Assembly (NCBI RefSeq): GCF_013149785.1
Contig: NZ_JABEZU010000001.1
Coordinates: 434,001 to 498,000, forward strand
Source: Isoptericola halotolerans
Lineage (GTDB): Bacteria; Actinomycetota; Actinomycetes; Actinomycetales; Cellulomonadaceae
DNA length: 64,000 bases
Reading direction: 5' to 3'
Shown: one piece after another, positions 31,071 to 40,908 of the stretch
How the letters are laid out: the number at the start of each line of letters is the position of its first letter
Position numbering within the stretch: the stretch's first letter is position 1
Made by a program: the position numbers and the translations under genes
Notes under the pieces: generated by a model
What the model was told of the DNA's origin: nothing
Databases searched by the model: none
What the model saw: only the letters and a program-made list of their open reading frames with translations

Positions 31071-31892
31071 GTGTCCACAGGAGGACGAACGCACGGCGCG
31101 GCCCACCGCGCCCGTCAGAGCACGTGGCTGCGCACCCTGGCCCGTTCCGGCTACGCCGCCTCGGGTGTCGTGCACCTGCTCATCGGCTGGCTGGCGGTCC
31201 GGCTGGCGTTCGGTTCGTCCTCGGGCAGCGCCGACGAGTCAGGGGCCTTCCGCGAGCTCGCGAGCACCGCCGGCGGGACGTTGATCCTGTGGGCGGTGAC
31301 CGTCGGCTTCGCCGCCCTCGCGCTGTGGCAGATCGTCGAGGCGCTGGTCGGGGTGCCCGGCACGGACGACGCGAAGGAGGCCGGTGCGCGGATCAAGGCC
31401 GCGGGCAAGGGCATCCTCTACGGCGTGCTGGCCGTCAGCGCCGGCCGTTACGCCGTCGGTGGCGGTTCCGGTGGGGGTGGAGAACAGCAGGAGAGCCTGA
31501 CGGCGACCGTCCTGGAAACCCCGGCGGGCCGCTGGCTGGTGGCCGCGGGCGGCCTGGTCGTCGTGGGCGTCGGGGTCTTCCACGTGGTCAAGGGGTGGCG
31601 CAAGAAGTTCCTCGAGGACCTGCGCAGCACCGGCGGCGGGACGGTCGGTGCCGCCGTCGTCCGGCTCGGTCAGGTCGGCTACGTCGCCAAGGGCGTGGCG
31701 CTCGGGGTCCTGGGCGGGCTCTTCGTCGCCGCGGGTGTCACGCACGACGCCGACAAGGCGGGCGGCCTCGACGACGCGTTGCGCACGATCCAGGACCAGC
31801 CGTTCGGCACGGCCCTGCTGGTCGTCACCGGCGTCGGCATCGCGGCGTACGGCGCCTACTCGTTCGCGCGGGCCCGGTACGCGAAGGTCTGA
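31071..31892 (+). CDS. DUF1206 membrane protein
   Basis: ARSGYAASGVVHLLIG repeats and AGGLDDALRTI; GGAGG RBS. Confidence 0.85.
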   Translation: MSTGGRTHGAAHRARQSTWLRTLARSGYAASGVVHLLIGWLAVRLAFGSSSGSADESGAFRELASTAGGTLILWAVTVGFAALALWQIVEALVGVPGTDDAKEAGARIKAAGKGILYGVLAVSAGRYAVGGGSGGGGEQQESLTATVLETPAGRWLVAAGGLVVVGVGVFHVVKGWRKKFLEDLRSTGGGTVGAAVVRLGQVGYVAKGVALGVLGGLFVAAGVTHDADKAGGLDDALRTIQDQPFGTALLVVTGVGIAAYGAYSFARARYAKV

Positions 31893-31910
31893 GACGCGGC
31901 GTGCCGCGGC

Positions 31911-32660
31911 TCAGGCGGCGACCGGGCCGACGATCCACCCGCCGCCCAGCACGAGGCAGCCGAGCGTGACGAGCCCGAACACGACGACCCACACGAGACC
32001 GGGCACGCCGGTGAGGCGACCGAGCTGGTCGGCGTCGGACGACCGTGCCCGCCCGCGGGCCCGCTGCGCCTGCAGCTCGAAGACCGGCCGGACCGCGCCG
32101 AGCAGCAGGAACCAGGTCACGGCGTAGGCGACGGCGGACTGCGCGGCGGGCTCGAGCCACCAGGAGACCCCGACCAGTGCCGCCCCGCTGACCAGCACGG
32201 ACCACAGCCCGAACCAGTTCCGGATCTTGAGCAGCAGCAGGGCCAGCAGCGCGACGAGGAGCCACAGCAGCCCGACGGCGTAGCCCGCCCGCAGCAGCCA
32301 CGCGGCGCCGAGCCCCACCAGGCCCGGGCCCACGTACCCGGCGAAGGCGGTGAGGATCATCCCGAGCCCGCGGGGCCGTCCCGCGGTGACGGTCAGGCCC
32401 GAGGTGTCCGAGTGCAGGCGGATGCCGTCCAGGCGGCGACCGGTGAGCATCGCGACGACCGCGTGCGCACCCTCGTGCGCGATGGTCACCACGTGCCGGG
32501 CCACGCGCCACACGGGCCCGACCGCCACGACGGCGAGGGCCACCAGGGCGACGGCGAGCACGACGGTCTGGTCCGGCGGGTCCACCGGGGTGGTGGCCGC
32601 GGTCCAGATCTGTCCGAGCACGTCGCCGGCGGTCGTGAAGAAGTCGTCCACGCGCCACAT
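31911..32660 (-). CDS. M50B-like intramembrane metallopeptidase
   Basis: HEGAH, SDTSG, AGYVGP and SDADQL. Confidence 0.87.
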   Translation of the reverse strand: MWRVDDFFTTAGDVLGQIWTAATTPVDPPDQTVVLAVALVALAVVAVGPVWRVARHVVTIAHEGAHAVVAMLTGRRLDGIRLHSDTSGLTVTAGRPRGLGMILTAFAGYVGPGLVGLGAAWLLRAGYAVGLLWLLVALLALLLLKIRNWFGLWSVLVSGAALVGVSWWLEPAAQSAVAYAVTWFLLLGAVRPVFELQAQRARGRARSSDADQLGRLTGVPGLVWVVVFGLVTLGCLVLGGGWIVGPVAA

Positions 32661-32854
32661 TGGACCATGCCCGTCTGAGTGTCCGCCCTGCTACCTGTGG
32701 GGTGTGTCATAGGGGTGCGGGCCGCCTGGCGTGCAACAATCGGTCCGAGAGGGCAGTGCGATCCAGCGCGCCCCACGTCGTGGAGATCCCCCCGGATTGC
32801 GTGCGGCGGACCCCGACCCCGGGCGTCGTCCGACGCCCCAGAGAGGCATCTTCC

Positions 32855-34282
32855 TTGACTACCTTTGCCGATTTCGGCCTGCCGACCCCTGTCGTGAAGC
32901 ACCTGACGGACGCCGGCATCACTACTCCCTTCCCCATCCAGGCGGCGTCGCTGAACGACACGCTGGCCGGGACCGACGTCCTCGGCCGCGGCCGCACGGG
33001 CTCCGGCAAGACGCTGGCGTTCTCGCTGCCGGTCGTGACGCGCCTGGCCCGTGAGACGGCGCAGAACAAGGCCGCAGGCCGTCGCGGGCTGCGCTCGGCG
33101 GCGCCTCGCGCGCTCGTGCTCTGCCCGACCCGTGAGCTCGCCAACCAGATCGACGCGGTCATGAAGCCGATCGCCCAGGCGCTCGGCCTGCGCACCGCGA
33201 CGATCTTCGGCGGCGTCGCGCAGTCGCGCCAGGTCACCGCGCTCAACCAGGGCGTCGACATCGTCATCGCGTGCCCCGGGCGTCTCGAGGACCTGCTCAA
33301 CCAGCGGCTCCTGACGCTCGACGACATCTCGATCACCGTGCTCGACGAGGCCGACCACATGGCCGACCTCGGGTTCCTCCCGGGCGTCAAGCGCATCATG
33401 GACCGCACGCCGCGCGAGGGTCAGCGCCTGCTGTTCTCGGCGACGCTGGACAACGGCGTCGACGTGCTGGTCAAGCGCTTCCTGAAGAACCCGGTGACGC
33501 ACTCGGTGGACGACGCCGCGGCGCCGCCGCCGCAGATGACGCACCACATCCTCGCGGTGGCGGACAAGGACGCGAAGAAGGAGGTCGTGCACCAGCTCGC
33601 GCAGGGGACCGGGCGTCGCGTGCTGTTCATGCGCACCAAGCACCAGGCGAAGAAGCTCGCCAAGCAGCTCACGGCCGCGGGCGTGCCGGCGGTCGACCTG
33701 CACGGCAACCTCGGCCAGGGCGCCCGCGAGCGCAACCTCGCGGCGTTCTCCTCCGGTGACGTCAAGGTCATGGTCGCCACGGACATCGCCGCGCGCGGCA
33801 TCCACGTCGACGAGGTCGAGCTGGTCGTGCACGTGGACCCGCCGGCCGAGCACAAGGCGTACCTGCACCGCTCCGGCCGCACGGCCCGCGCGGGCTCGGT
33901 GGGCGACGTCGTGACGGTCATGCTCCCCGAGGAGCGGGGCGACGTGCGCGACCTGACCCGCAAGGCCCGCATCGCCGCCCGCCCGCAGCCGGTGGCTCCG
34001 GGCGACCCGGTGATCACCGCCCTCGTGGGCGAGGTGGCGGCGTACGTGAAGCCGGCTCCGCCGGTCGAGCAGCAGCAGCCGGCGCGCAAGAAGCCGCAGG
34101 GCCAGCGATCCGGCGGCGGTCAGGGCGGCGGCGGCCGACGGACCGGCCAGGGTGCGGCGCAGACCCCGGGGACGTCCTCGGGCGGTCGCAACCGCCGTCG
34201 TCGTGGCCGGGGTGGCCAGGGTGCTGCGGGCGGCCGTGCGACCCAGGGTGCGGCGCAGGGCGCCTCCCGCGGGCGTCGCTGA
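32855..34282 (+). CDS. DEAD-box RNA helicase (RhlE-like)
   Basis: Q motif, GRTGSGKT, PTRELA, DEAD, SAT and HRSGRTAR; basic Gly/Arg tail; TTG start after GAGAGG. Confidence 0.94.
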   Translation: MTTFADFGLPTPVVKHLTDAGITTPFPIQAASLNDTLAGTDVLGRGRTGSGKTLAFSLPVVTRLARETAQNKAAGRRGLRSAAPRALVLCPTRELANQIDAVMKPIAQALGLRTATIFGGVAQSRQVTALNQGVDIVIACPGRLEDLLNQRLLTLDDISITVLDEADHMADLGFLPGVKRIMDRTPREGQRLLFSATLDNGVDVLVKRFLKNPVTHSVDDAAAPPPQMTHHILAVADKDAKKEVVHQLAQGTGRRVLFMRTKHQAKKLAKQLTAAGVPAVDLHGNLGQGARERNLAAFSSGDVKVMVATDIAARGIHVDEVELVVHVDPPAEHKAYLHRSGRTARAGSVGDVVTVMLPEERGDVRDLTRKARIAARPQPVAPGDPVITALVGEVAAYVKPAPPVEQQQPARKKPQGQRSGGGQGGGGRRTGQGAAQTPGTSSGGRNRRRRGRGGQGAAGGRATQGAAQGASRGRR

Positions 34283-34296
34283 GAACCTGTGCGTGA

Positions 34297-34329
34297 CGAC
34301 GGCCGGGCGGGAACACCGCCCGGCCGTCG
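34297..34329 (+). terminator. Hairpin downstream of the helicase
   Basis: CGACGGCCGGGCGG-gaaca-CCGCCCGGCCGTCG. Confidence 0.65.
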
Positions 34330-34344
34330 CCTGTTGACCAGGAC

Positions 34345-34749
34345 ATGACGTACGAGGTGTCCAAGAGCGAGGACGAGTGGCGCGTCGAGCTGTCGCCGCA
34401 GGAGTTCACGGTGCTGCGGCAGGCCGGCACGGAGCGCGCGTGGACCGGTGAGCTGCTCGACGAGAAGCGCGAGGGCGTCTACCGATGCCGGGCGTGCGGC
34501 AACGAGCTGTTCCGCAGCGAGACGAAGTTCGACTCGCACTGCGGCTGGCCGTCGTTCTACACGCCGCTGGCCGGCGAACGCGTCGAGCTGATCGAGGACC
34601 GGTCGCTCGGCATGCTGCGGACCGAGGTTCGCTGTGCCCGGTGCGGCTCGCACCTGGGCCACGTCTTCGACGACGCGCCGCAGACGCCGACGGGCGACCG
34701 CTTCTGCATGAACTCGGTCAGCCTGTCGTTCGAGCCCGCGACACGGTAG
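34345..34749 (+). CDS. msrB: Peptide-methionine (R)-S-oxide reductase
   Basis: GTERAW, CRAC, CGWPSF, CARCGSHLGHVF and RFCMNS. Confidence 0.96.
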   Translation: MTYEVSKSEDEWRVELSPQEFTVLRQAGTERAWTGELLDEKREGVYRCRACGNELFRSETKFDSHCGWPSFYTPLAGERVELIEDRSLGMLRTEVRCARCGSHLGHVFDDAPQTPTGDRFCMNSVSLSFEPATR

Positions 34750-34765
34750 CCGCTACCGTCGGGAC

Positions 34766-35491
34766 ATGAGCGTCGAGATCTCCGCCGTCCCCGACCGGCT
34801 CGTGAACCTCCGCGACGTCGGGACCGCCTCGCCCGAGCTGCGGACCGGTGTGCTGCTGCGGTCCGACGCGCCCCGCGCCGACGACGTCGTGCCTGCGGAC
34901 GTGGTGTGGCCACCGCGCACGGTGCTCGACCTGCGTGACGGCGGCGAGGCCCGGGAGGCGCACCCGCTCGCCGAGGTCGCGACGGTGGTCTCCCTGCCGG
35001 TGCTGGCCGGTGCCACCACCCGGGCCGAGACGTCGTCGCAGCCGGTCCCCTTCGACCTGGGCCGGCTGTACCTGGAGATGCTCGAGGAGCCGGGCGCGAC
35101 CCGGCTCGTGGCGGGCGTCCGGGCGGTCGCCGTCGACGACGGCCCGGTGCTGGTGCACTGCACCGCGGGCAAGGACCGCACGGGCGTGCTCGTCGCCCTG
35201 GTCCTGGCGCTCGTCGGGGTGGACCGGGCGAGCATCGTCACGGACTACGTGCGCACCGACGTGAACATGCCGCAGGTGCTGTCCCGTGCGCGGGCGACGG
35301 CCCGTGCCCCGCGCCGTGACGCGCACGTTATCGCGGCGCTGCCTCCCGAGCTCCTCACGGCGCCCCCGCACGCCGTCGAGGCTGTGCTCGATGCTCTCGC
35401 CGCGCACGACGACGGAGCGGTCGGATGGTTCGCCGCGCACGGCGGCGACCAGGCGACGCTCAGCGCGCTGCGTGAGCGTCTGCTGCGCTGA
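34766..35491 (+). CDS. Tyrosine/dual-specificity phosphatase family protein (Y_phosphatase3/MptpB-like)
   Basis: NLRDVG, LDLR and HCTAGKDRTG. Confidence 0.88.
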   Translation: MSVEISAVPDRLVNLRDVGTASPELRTGVLLRSDAPRADDVVPADVVWPPRTVLDLRDGGEAREAHPLAEVATVVSLPVLAGATTRAETSSQPVPFDLGRLYLEMLEEPGATRLVAGVRAVAVDDGPVLVHCTAGKDRTGVLVALVLALVGVDRASIVTDYVRTDVNMPQVLSRARATARAPRRDAHVIAALPPELLTAPPHAVEAVLDALAAHDDGAVGWFAAHGGDQATLSALRERLLR

Positions 35492-35996
35492 GCCTGAGCT
35501 GCGCCGCGCCCTGCTGGCTGCCGAGCCACGCGACGACGTCCGCCGAGTAGTGGTTCAGCAGCCGGGCGAGCTCGGCGACCTCGTCCTTGTCCCACTGCGT
35601 CAGTGCGGCCTCGAGCATCGTCACGCGGGCGTCGCGCGCCTTCTGGAAGCGGGCCGCGCCGTCGTCGGTGAGGGTGATCTGCTGCCCACGTGTGTCCTCG
35701 GGGTCCGTCTCGCGGTGCACGAGGCCCAGCTCGGCGAGGCGGCTCAGCTGCCGCGACACGGTGGCGCGGCCGACGCCGAAGTGCGCGGCGAGGTCGGACC
35801 CGCGCGTGCCCGGGTGCATCGCGATGTGCGCGAGCAGAGGGTAGGCCGACGCCTCCAGCTCCGGGTGGATGAGGCGTGCGGTCAGCGCCGAGGTGGACTG
35901 AGCTCGTCGGATGAGAACACGCACCTCACGCTCGAGGGCGCCGAACGGGTCGGTCTGCGGGTCCGGCGGTGCGGGGAGCGGGGCGGTGTCGTGCAT
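35460..35996 (-). CDS. MarR-family regulator
   Basis: wHTH ATVSRQLSRL..LGLV.RE.DPED.R...ITLT..G; 3' end overlaps the phosphatase gene. Confidence 0.88.
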   Translation of the reverse strand: MHDTAPLPAPPDPQTDPFGALEREVRVLIRRAQSTSALTARLIHPELEASAYPLLAHIAMHPGTRGSDLAAHFGVGRATVSRQLSRLAELGLVHRETDPEDTRGQQITLTDDGAARFQKARDARVTMLEAALTQWDKDEVAELARLLNHYSADVVAWLGSQQGAAQLRLSAADAHAAR

Positions 35997-36100
35997 GGGC
36001 CCATCATGGCCTTCCCTGGAGAGCGCCGGGACCTTTCGCGGGTCACGATTTGAGGTCGAGGGGCTTCTGGGCGGGTGAAATGCGCCCGTAGGCTCGTTCC

Positions 36101-37126
36101 ATGACCCTGTCAGCGCTTTCCCGTGTCCCTCGCCCTGTGTCCGTCCCGGCCCCCGGTGGCCCCGGGTGGTCGCGTCCGTTGCCGACCGGTCTCACCGTCA
36201 GCGCCGTGTGCGCCGGGGGGAGCCCGCTGGGTTCCATGCCAGGGGTCTTCGGCTACGGCGTGGCCCCGGACCGGGCCGTGGAGACGGTGCTCGCCGTGCT
36301 CGAGTCCGACGTGCGGTTCCTGGACACCGCCAACGGCTACTCCGACGGCGAGAGCGAGCGGCGGATCGGCCTCGGGCTGGCCGCGTACCGCGAGCGCCAC
36401 GGATCTCTGCCCGAGGACTTCGTCGTGGCCACCAAGGTCGACCCGCGCGACGGGGACTACTCGGGGGACCGGGTGCGCCGGTCGGTGGACGAGTCCCGCG
36501 AGCGGCTCGGCCTGGACCACCTGCCCCTGGTGCACCTGCACGACCCGGAGAACTTCGACTTCGCGGAGCTGACGGCGCCGGGCGGTGCGGTGGACGCCCT
36601 GCTGGCGCTGCGCGAGTCGGGCGAGATCGGGGCGGTCGGGCTCGCCGGCGGCCCGGTGCCGGAGATGCGGCGCTACCTGGACCTCGGCGTCTTCGACGTG
36701 CTGCTCGTCCACAACCGGTGGACGCTCGTGGACCGGTCGGCGGGGTCGCTGGTCGCGGCCGCCGCCGAGCGAGGGACGGGCGTGCTCAACGCCGCGGTCT
36801 ACGGCGGCGGGATCCTGGCGCAGCAGACGCCGTCGGCGGACCGGCCCAGCGCGACCCGCTACGGCTACCGCGAGGCGCCGCCGGAGACGCTCGCCGCCGT
36901 CGACGGCCTGCGCGAGCTGTGCTCACGGCACGGCACCACGCTGGCGACGGCGGCGCTGCAGTTCTCGGTGCGCGACCCGCGGGTGGCCTCGACGATCGTG
37001 GGGATCTCGCGACCGGAGCGGGTCGCGCAGACGCTGGCGGCCCTCGACGCACCGTTGCCGCAGGACTTCTGGGACGAGGTCGAGGAGCTGCTGCCCGGGT
37101 CGCAGGCCTGGCTCGACGGAGCCTGA
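36101..37126 (+). CDS. Aldo/keto reductase
   Basis: LDTANGY, VATKV and LHDP catalytic tetrad; TAALQF. Confidence 0.9.
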   Translation: MTLSALSRVPRPVSVPAPGGPGWSRPLPTGLTVSAVCAGGSPLGSMPGVFGYGVAPDRAVETVLAVLESDVRFLDTANGYSDGESERRIGLGLAAYRERHGSLPEDFVVATKVDPRDGDYSGDRVRRSVDESRERLGLDHLPLVHLHDPENFDFAELTAPGGAVDALLALRESGEIGAVGLAGGPVPEMRRYLDLGVFDVLLVHNRWTLVDRSAGSLVAAAAERGTGVLNAAVYGGGILAQQTPSADRPSATRYGYREAPPETLAAVDGLRELCSRHGTTLATAALQFSVRDPRVASTIVGISRPERVAQTLAALDAPLPQDFWDEVEELLPGSQAWLDGA

Positions 37127-37147
37127 GCTGCGACCCGGGCCACCGGG

Positions 37148-38755
37148 CTACCGCCCGGTGGTGCCCGCCTGCTGCGCGGCCAGGTCCCGGGCCTGCTCGA
37201 TGCCGGAACGTTCGGACAGCGGGATCTCCCGGATGAAGCAGATCGCCACCAGCGCCACCACGGCCAGGGGCACGGCGACGAGGAAGATCCCGGTGATGCC
37301 GTCGGTGTAGGCACCGGCGACGACGTCCACGACGGGCGCGGGCAGCTGCGACATGTCGGGCACGGCTCCGGCGGGACCGCCCACGGCCGAGGCGGGGACG
37401 CCGAGCGCGGCGAGGCCCGAGGCGAGGTCGTCCTTGACGTGGCTCGCCAGGACGGCGCCGAGCACGGAGACGCCGACGGCGCCACCGAGCGAGCGGAAGA
37501 ACGCGACGGTGGCGGTGCCGGCGCCCATCTCGCGCACGTCGAGCGTGTTCTGCGTCGCCAGCACCAGGTTCTGCATGAGTGCGCCGACGGACAGCCCGAG
37601 GCCGAACAAGTACACCGAGACGACGACGAAGCTGGTGTCCGTCCCGATGGTCGACATCCCGAACAGCGACGCCGTCAGCACCGCAGCACCGCCGACCATG
37701 ATCGCCTTGTAGCGCCCGGTGCGGGAGATGATCCGCCCGAGCACGATGCCGCCGAGCATGGTGCCGACCACCATGGGGATGGTGAGCAGGCCGGCCTCGG
37801 TGGGGGTCTTGCCGCGGGCGAGCTGCAGGTACTGCGAGAGGAACACCGCGGTGCCGAACATGGCCACGCCCACGGCCGCGGAGGCGACGATGGACAGGAC
37901 GAACGTGCGGTTGCGGAACAGGTGCAGCGGGATGATCGGCTCGGACACCTTCCGCTCGACCAGCACGGCGACGGCGAGGGAGACGACGGCGCCGCCCACC
38001 ATCGCGCCCGTCTGCCAGGAGGCCCAGGCGAACTGGTCGCCCGCGAAGGTGACCCAGACCAGGAGCAGCGCGACGCCGAGGGCGATGAGCGTGGCCCCGA
38101 GGTAGTCGATGGTGACCTTGCGCCGGCCACGGGCGGGCAGGTGGAGGGTCTTCTGCAGCACGATCAGAGCGGCGACGGCGAAGGGCACACCGACGAAGAA
38201 CGTCCAGCGCCAGCCGAGGAACGAGTCGGTGATGACGCCGCCCATCAGCGGACCGCCGATCTGTGCCACGGCCATGACGCCGCCCATCAGGCCCATGTAC
38301 TTGCCACGCTCGCGGGGGCTGATGATGTCAGACATCAGGACGGTGGCGAGGGACATGAGGCCACCGGCGCCGACACCCTGCAGGGCGCGGAACGTGATGA
38401 GGGTCCCCATGTCCTGGGAGAAGCCGGCGGCCGCGGCGGACACGACGGTGATCACCAGGGCGACCTGGATGAGCACCTTGCGGTTCGTCAGGTCCGCCAG
38501 CTTGCCCCACAGCGGCGTGGACACCGTCATCGTGAGCAGCATGGCCGTGACGACCCAGGTGTAGGAGTGCTGGGAGCCGCCGAGGTCCGCCACGATGCGC
38601 GGCAGCGCCGTCGACGTGATGGTGGTCGCGAGCAGCGACACGAAGACGCCGAGCAGGATCCCGGAGAGCGCCTCGAGCGTCTCGCGCCGGCTCATGGCGG
38701 GGTTCGCGCCGGCGACGGTGTCGACGAGAGGAGCGGGTCGGGTGGTGTCGGTCAT
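37148..38755 (-). CDS. MDR-type MFS efflux transporter (EmrB/QacA, DHA2)
   Basis: 14-TM pattern; WVVTAMLL, GKLAD, RALQGVGAG and WRWTFFVGVP; coupled to the upstream MarR gene. Confidence 0.92.
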   Translation of the reverse strand: MTDTTRPAPLVDTVAGANPAMSRRETLEALSGILLGVFVSLLATTITSTALPRIVADLGGSQHSYTWVVTAMLLTMTVSTPLWGKLADLTNRKVLIQVALVITVVSAAAAGFSQDMGTLITFRALQGVGAGGLMSLATVLMSDIISPRERGKYMGLMGGVMAVAQIGGPLMGGVITDSFLGWRWTFFVGVPFAVAALIVLQKTLHLPARGRRKVTIDYLGATLIALGVALLLVWVTFAGDQFAWASWQTGAMVGGAVVSLAVAVLVERKVSEPIIPLHLFRNRTFVLSIVASAAVGVAMFGTAVFLSQYLQLARGKTPTEAGLLTIPMVVGTMLGGIVLGRIISRTGRYKAIMVGGAAVLTASLFGMSTIGTDTSFVVVSVYLFGLGLSVGALMQNLVLATQNTLDVREMGAGTATVAFFRSLGGAVGVSVLGAVLASHVKDDLASGLAALGVPASAVGGPAGAVPDMSQLPAPVVDVVAGAYTDGITGIFLVAVPLAVVALVAICFIREIPLSERSGIEQARDLAAQQAGTTGR

Positions 38756-39204
38756 CGGGGCGGGGCCTCCTGGGTCATGGTGCTGAGGGCGGCCGCGACG
38801 TTGCGGATCTGGGTGATGGCGTCGGCGAGGCCGGCCGCGGACCAGTCCGCGAAGGCCTCGTCGACCAGCTCGTCGAAGTAGCGGTCGGACTCCGCGGCGA
38901 ACGCGTGCCCGGCGTCGGTGAGCTCGAGCGTCCGGGCGCGACGGTCGGACGGGTCGACCGTGCGACGGAGGAACCCGGCGTCGACCAGCGCACTCACCTG
39001 GCGGCTGGCGACGGAGGCGTCGACACGCAGCACGTCGGCGACCTCGCAGAGCTGGGCAGGGCCTCGCGACCGGAGCATCCGGACGACGCCGAGCCCGGCG
39101 CGGGGCCGGTCGAGGTCTCGCGCGATCCGTGCGGACGCCTCGCGCTGGGCGCGCGCGAGGGACTCCAGCGCGCTCACGAGCGCGGTCGCGGCACCTTCCG
39201 GCAC
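38752..39204 (-). CDS. MarR-family regulator of the MFS gene
   Basis: VASRQVSALVDAG..RR..DPSDRRA..LELT; GTG start after AAAGGAG. Confidence 0.88.
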   Translation of the reverse strand: MPEGAATALVSALESLARAQREASARIARDLDRPRAGLGVVRMLRSRGPAQLCEVADVLRVDASVASRQVSALVDAGFLRRTVDPSDRRARTLELTDAGHAFAAESDRYFDELVDEAFADWSAAGLADAITQIRNVAAALSTMTQEAPPR

Positions 39205-39242
39205 GACAGCTCCTTTCGTTGCTCCGGGAAACAGTAGGATAG

Positions 39243-39263
39243 ATGCTTGCGTCAAGCAAGTAT
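39243..39263. promoter_or_regulatory. MarR operator palindrome
   Basis: ATGCTTGC-GTCAA-GCAAGTAT upstream of the marR-MFS operon. Confidence 0.6.
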
Positions 39264-39285
39264 TGCCCCGGAACATTCCCGCACG

Positions 39286-39329
39286 ACGACGGCGGCCTGC
39301 CCCCTCCGCAGGGGGCAGGCCGCCGTCGT
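39286..39329 (-). terminator. Terminator of the sugar porter gene
   Basis: 20-bp perfect stem ACGACGGCGGCCTGCCCCCT / AGGGGGCAGGCCGCCGTCGT. Confidence 0.75.
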
Positions 39330-39343
39330 GCCGTGGGAGCCGC

Positions 39344-40798
39344 TCAGCCGCGGTGCCGTACCTCCTCGGTCATGTCCTCCAGCTCCTTGCCCTTGGTCTC
39401 GGAGACCTTGAACCAGATGAAGAAGAAGGACAGCGCCGCGAAGAACCCGTACATGCCGTACGGCACCGCCGGGCCGAAGGTCGACAGCATCGGCGGGAAC
39501 GTCAGGGTGATGGTGAAGTTCGCCAGCCAGTTCGCCGCCGCGCCGACCCCGAGCGCCGCGGCCCGGATCCGGTTGGGGAACATCTCGCCGAGCATCACCC
39601 ACATCAGCGGGCCCCACGTGGCCCCGAAGAAGACCACGAAGGCGTTGGCCGCGACCAGCGCGATCGTCGCCCACGGGTCGCCCAGGGAGAGCGTCGACTC
39701 GCCCGCGGCGTCGACCGTCGTCGTGCCCTGGGTGAACGCCGCCGCCATCGTCAGCAGCGACACCGCCATGCCGGCCGACCCGACGAGCAGCATCGGACGG
39801 CGCCCCACCTTGTCGATGAGGGCGATCGCGATGAAGGTCACGGCGATGTTCGTCACCGAGGTGATGGTGGAGACCAGGAACGCCTGGGACTCGTCGAACC
39901 CGACCGCCTGCCACAGCGTGGTCGAGTAGTAGAAGATGATGTTGATCCCGACGAACTGCTGGAAGACCGCCAGCAGGATGCCGACCCAGACGATCGACTT
40001 CAGGCCGAGGAACCCCTGGCCGCGCAGGGACCCCAGCTGCGCGTTCTTCTCGTCGACGGCGATCGAACGCTTGATCTCCTCGATCCGGTCGCCGACGCCC
40101 TCCTCGGGCCCCAGCACCGAGTCCAGCACGCGACGGGCCTCGTCGACGTCGCCCTTCGCGACGAGGTAGCGAGGCGACTCCGGCATCCGCAGCGCCAGCA
40201 GCCCGTAGACGATGGCGGGGACCGCCTCGACCAGGAACATCCAGCGCCAGGCCTCCCACCCCAACCACAGCTCGTTCGCCGCACCACCGGCCGCGTCCGC
40301 CAGGATCTGGTCGCTCAGCAACGCCGAGAAGATGCCCACCGTGATGGCGAGCTGTTGCAGGGAGGCGAGGCTGCCCCGGATTTTCGCCGGGGAGATCTCC
40401 GCGATGTAGGCGGGAGCGATCACCGAGGCGATGCCGATCCCGATACCGCCCAGGAATCGCCACAGCGACAGGTCCAGCGCCGACCAGGCCAGCGCCGACA
40501 TCACCGCGGAGAAGAGGAACAGGCCCGCGCCGAGCACCATCACCTTGACGCGACCGATGCGGTCGGCGAGCCGTCCCGCGCCCCACGCGCCGAGCGCGCA
40601 ACCCAGCAGGGCGACGGCGACCACGAGCCCCGTCACCGTCGAGCTCAGGTCGAACTGGCCCTCGATGGCCGAGACGGCGCCGTTGATCACCGACGAGTCG
40701 AAGCCGAAGAGGAAGCCGCCGACGGCGGCGGCGAACGACAGCGCGATCGCCTTGCGGTGCGCGGAACGCGCCCCCTCGGACTGCGGTGCAGATGACAT
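39344..40798 (-). CDS. Sugar porter family MFS transporter (GlcP-like)
   Basis: GGFLFGFDSSVING, DRIGR, PESPRYL, QQFVGINIIFYY and ETKGKELE; GGAGGAG RBS. Confidence 0.94.
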   Translation of the reverse strand: MSSAPQSEGARSAHRKAIALSFAAAVGGFLFGFDSSVINGAVSAIEGQFDLSSTVTGLVVAVALLGCALGAWGAGRLADRIGRVKVMVLGAGLFLFSAVMSALAWSALDLSLWRFLGGIGIGIASVIAPAYIAEISPAKIRGSLASLQQLAITVGIFSALLSDQILADAAGGAANELWLGWEAWRWMFLVEAVPAIVYGLLALRMPESPRYLVAKGDVDEARRVLDSVLGPEEGVGDRIEEIKRSIAVDEKNAQLGSLRGQGFLGLKSIVWVGILLAVFQQFVGINIIFYYSTTLWQAVGFDESQAFLVSTITSVTNIAVTFIAIALIDKVGRRPMLLVGSAGMAVSLLTMAAAFTQGTTTVDAAGESTLSLGDPWATIALVAANAFVVFFGATWGPLMWVMLGEMFPNRIRAAALGVGAAANWLANFTITLTFPPMLSTFGPAVPYGMYGFFAALSFFFIWFKVSETKGKELEDMTEEVRHRG

Positions 40799-40908
40799 CG
40801 TGAGAACTCCTCCCGAGCCCCGGGGGCGGGGCCCTCCCTCGGTGATGCTAAGAGCGTCGGCCGCAACGAGCACGGTGAACGCCGCAGCCGACCTGCGAGA
40901 CTGGCCCG

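Noticed and set aside
35460..35491. 32-bp convergent overlap of the phosphatase and MarR genes as a regulatory antisense system
   Set aside because: Short 3' overlaps are common in GC-rich genomes and nothing else supports a function.
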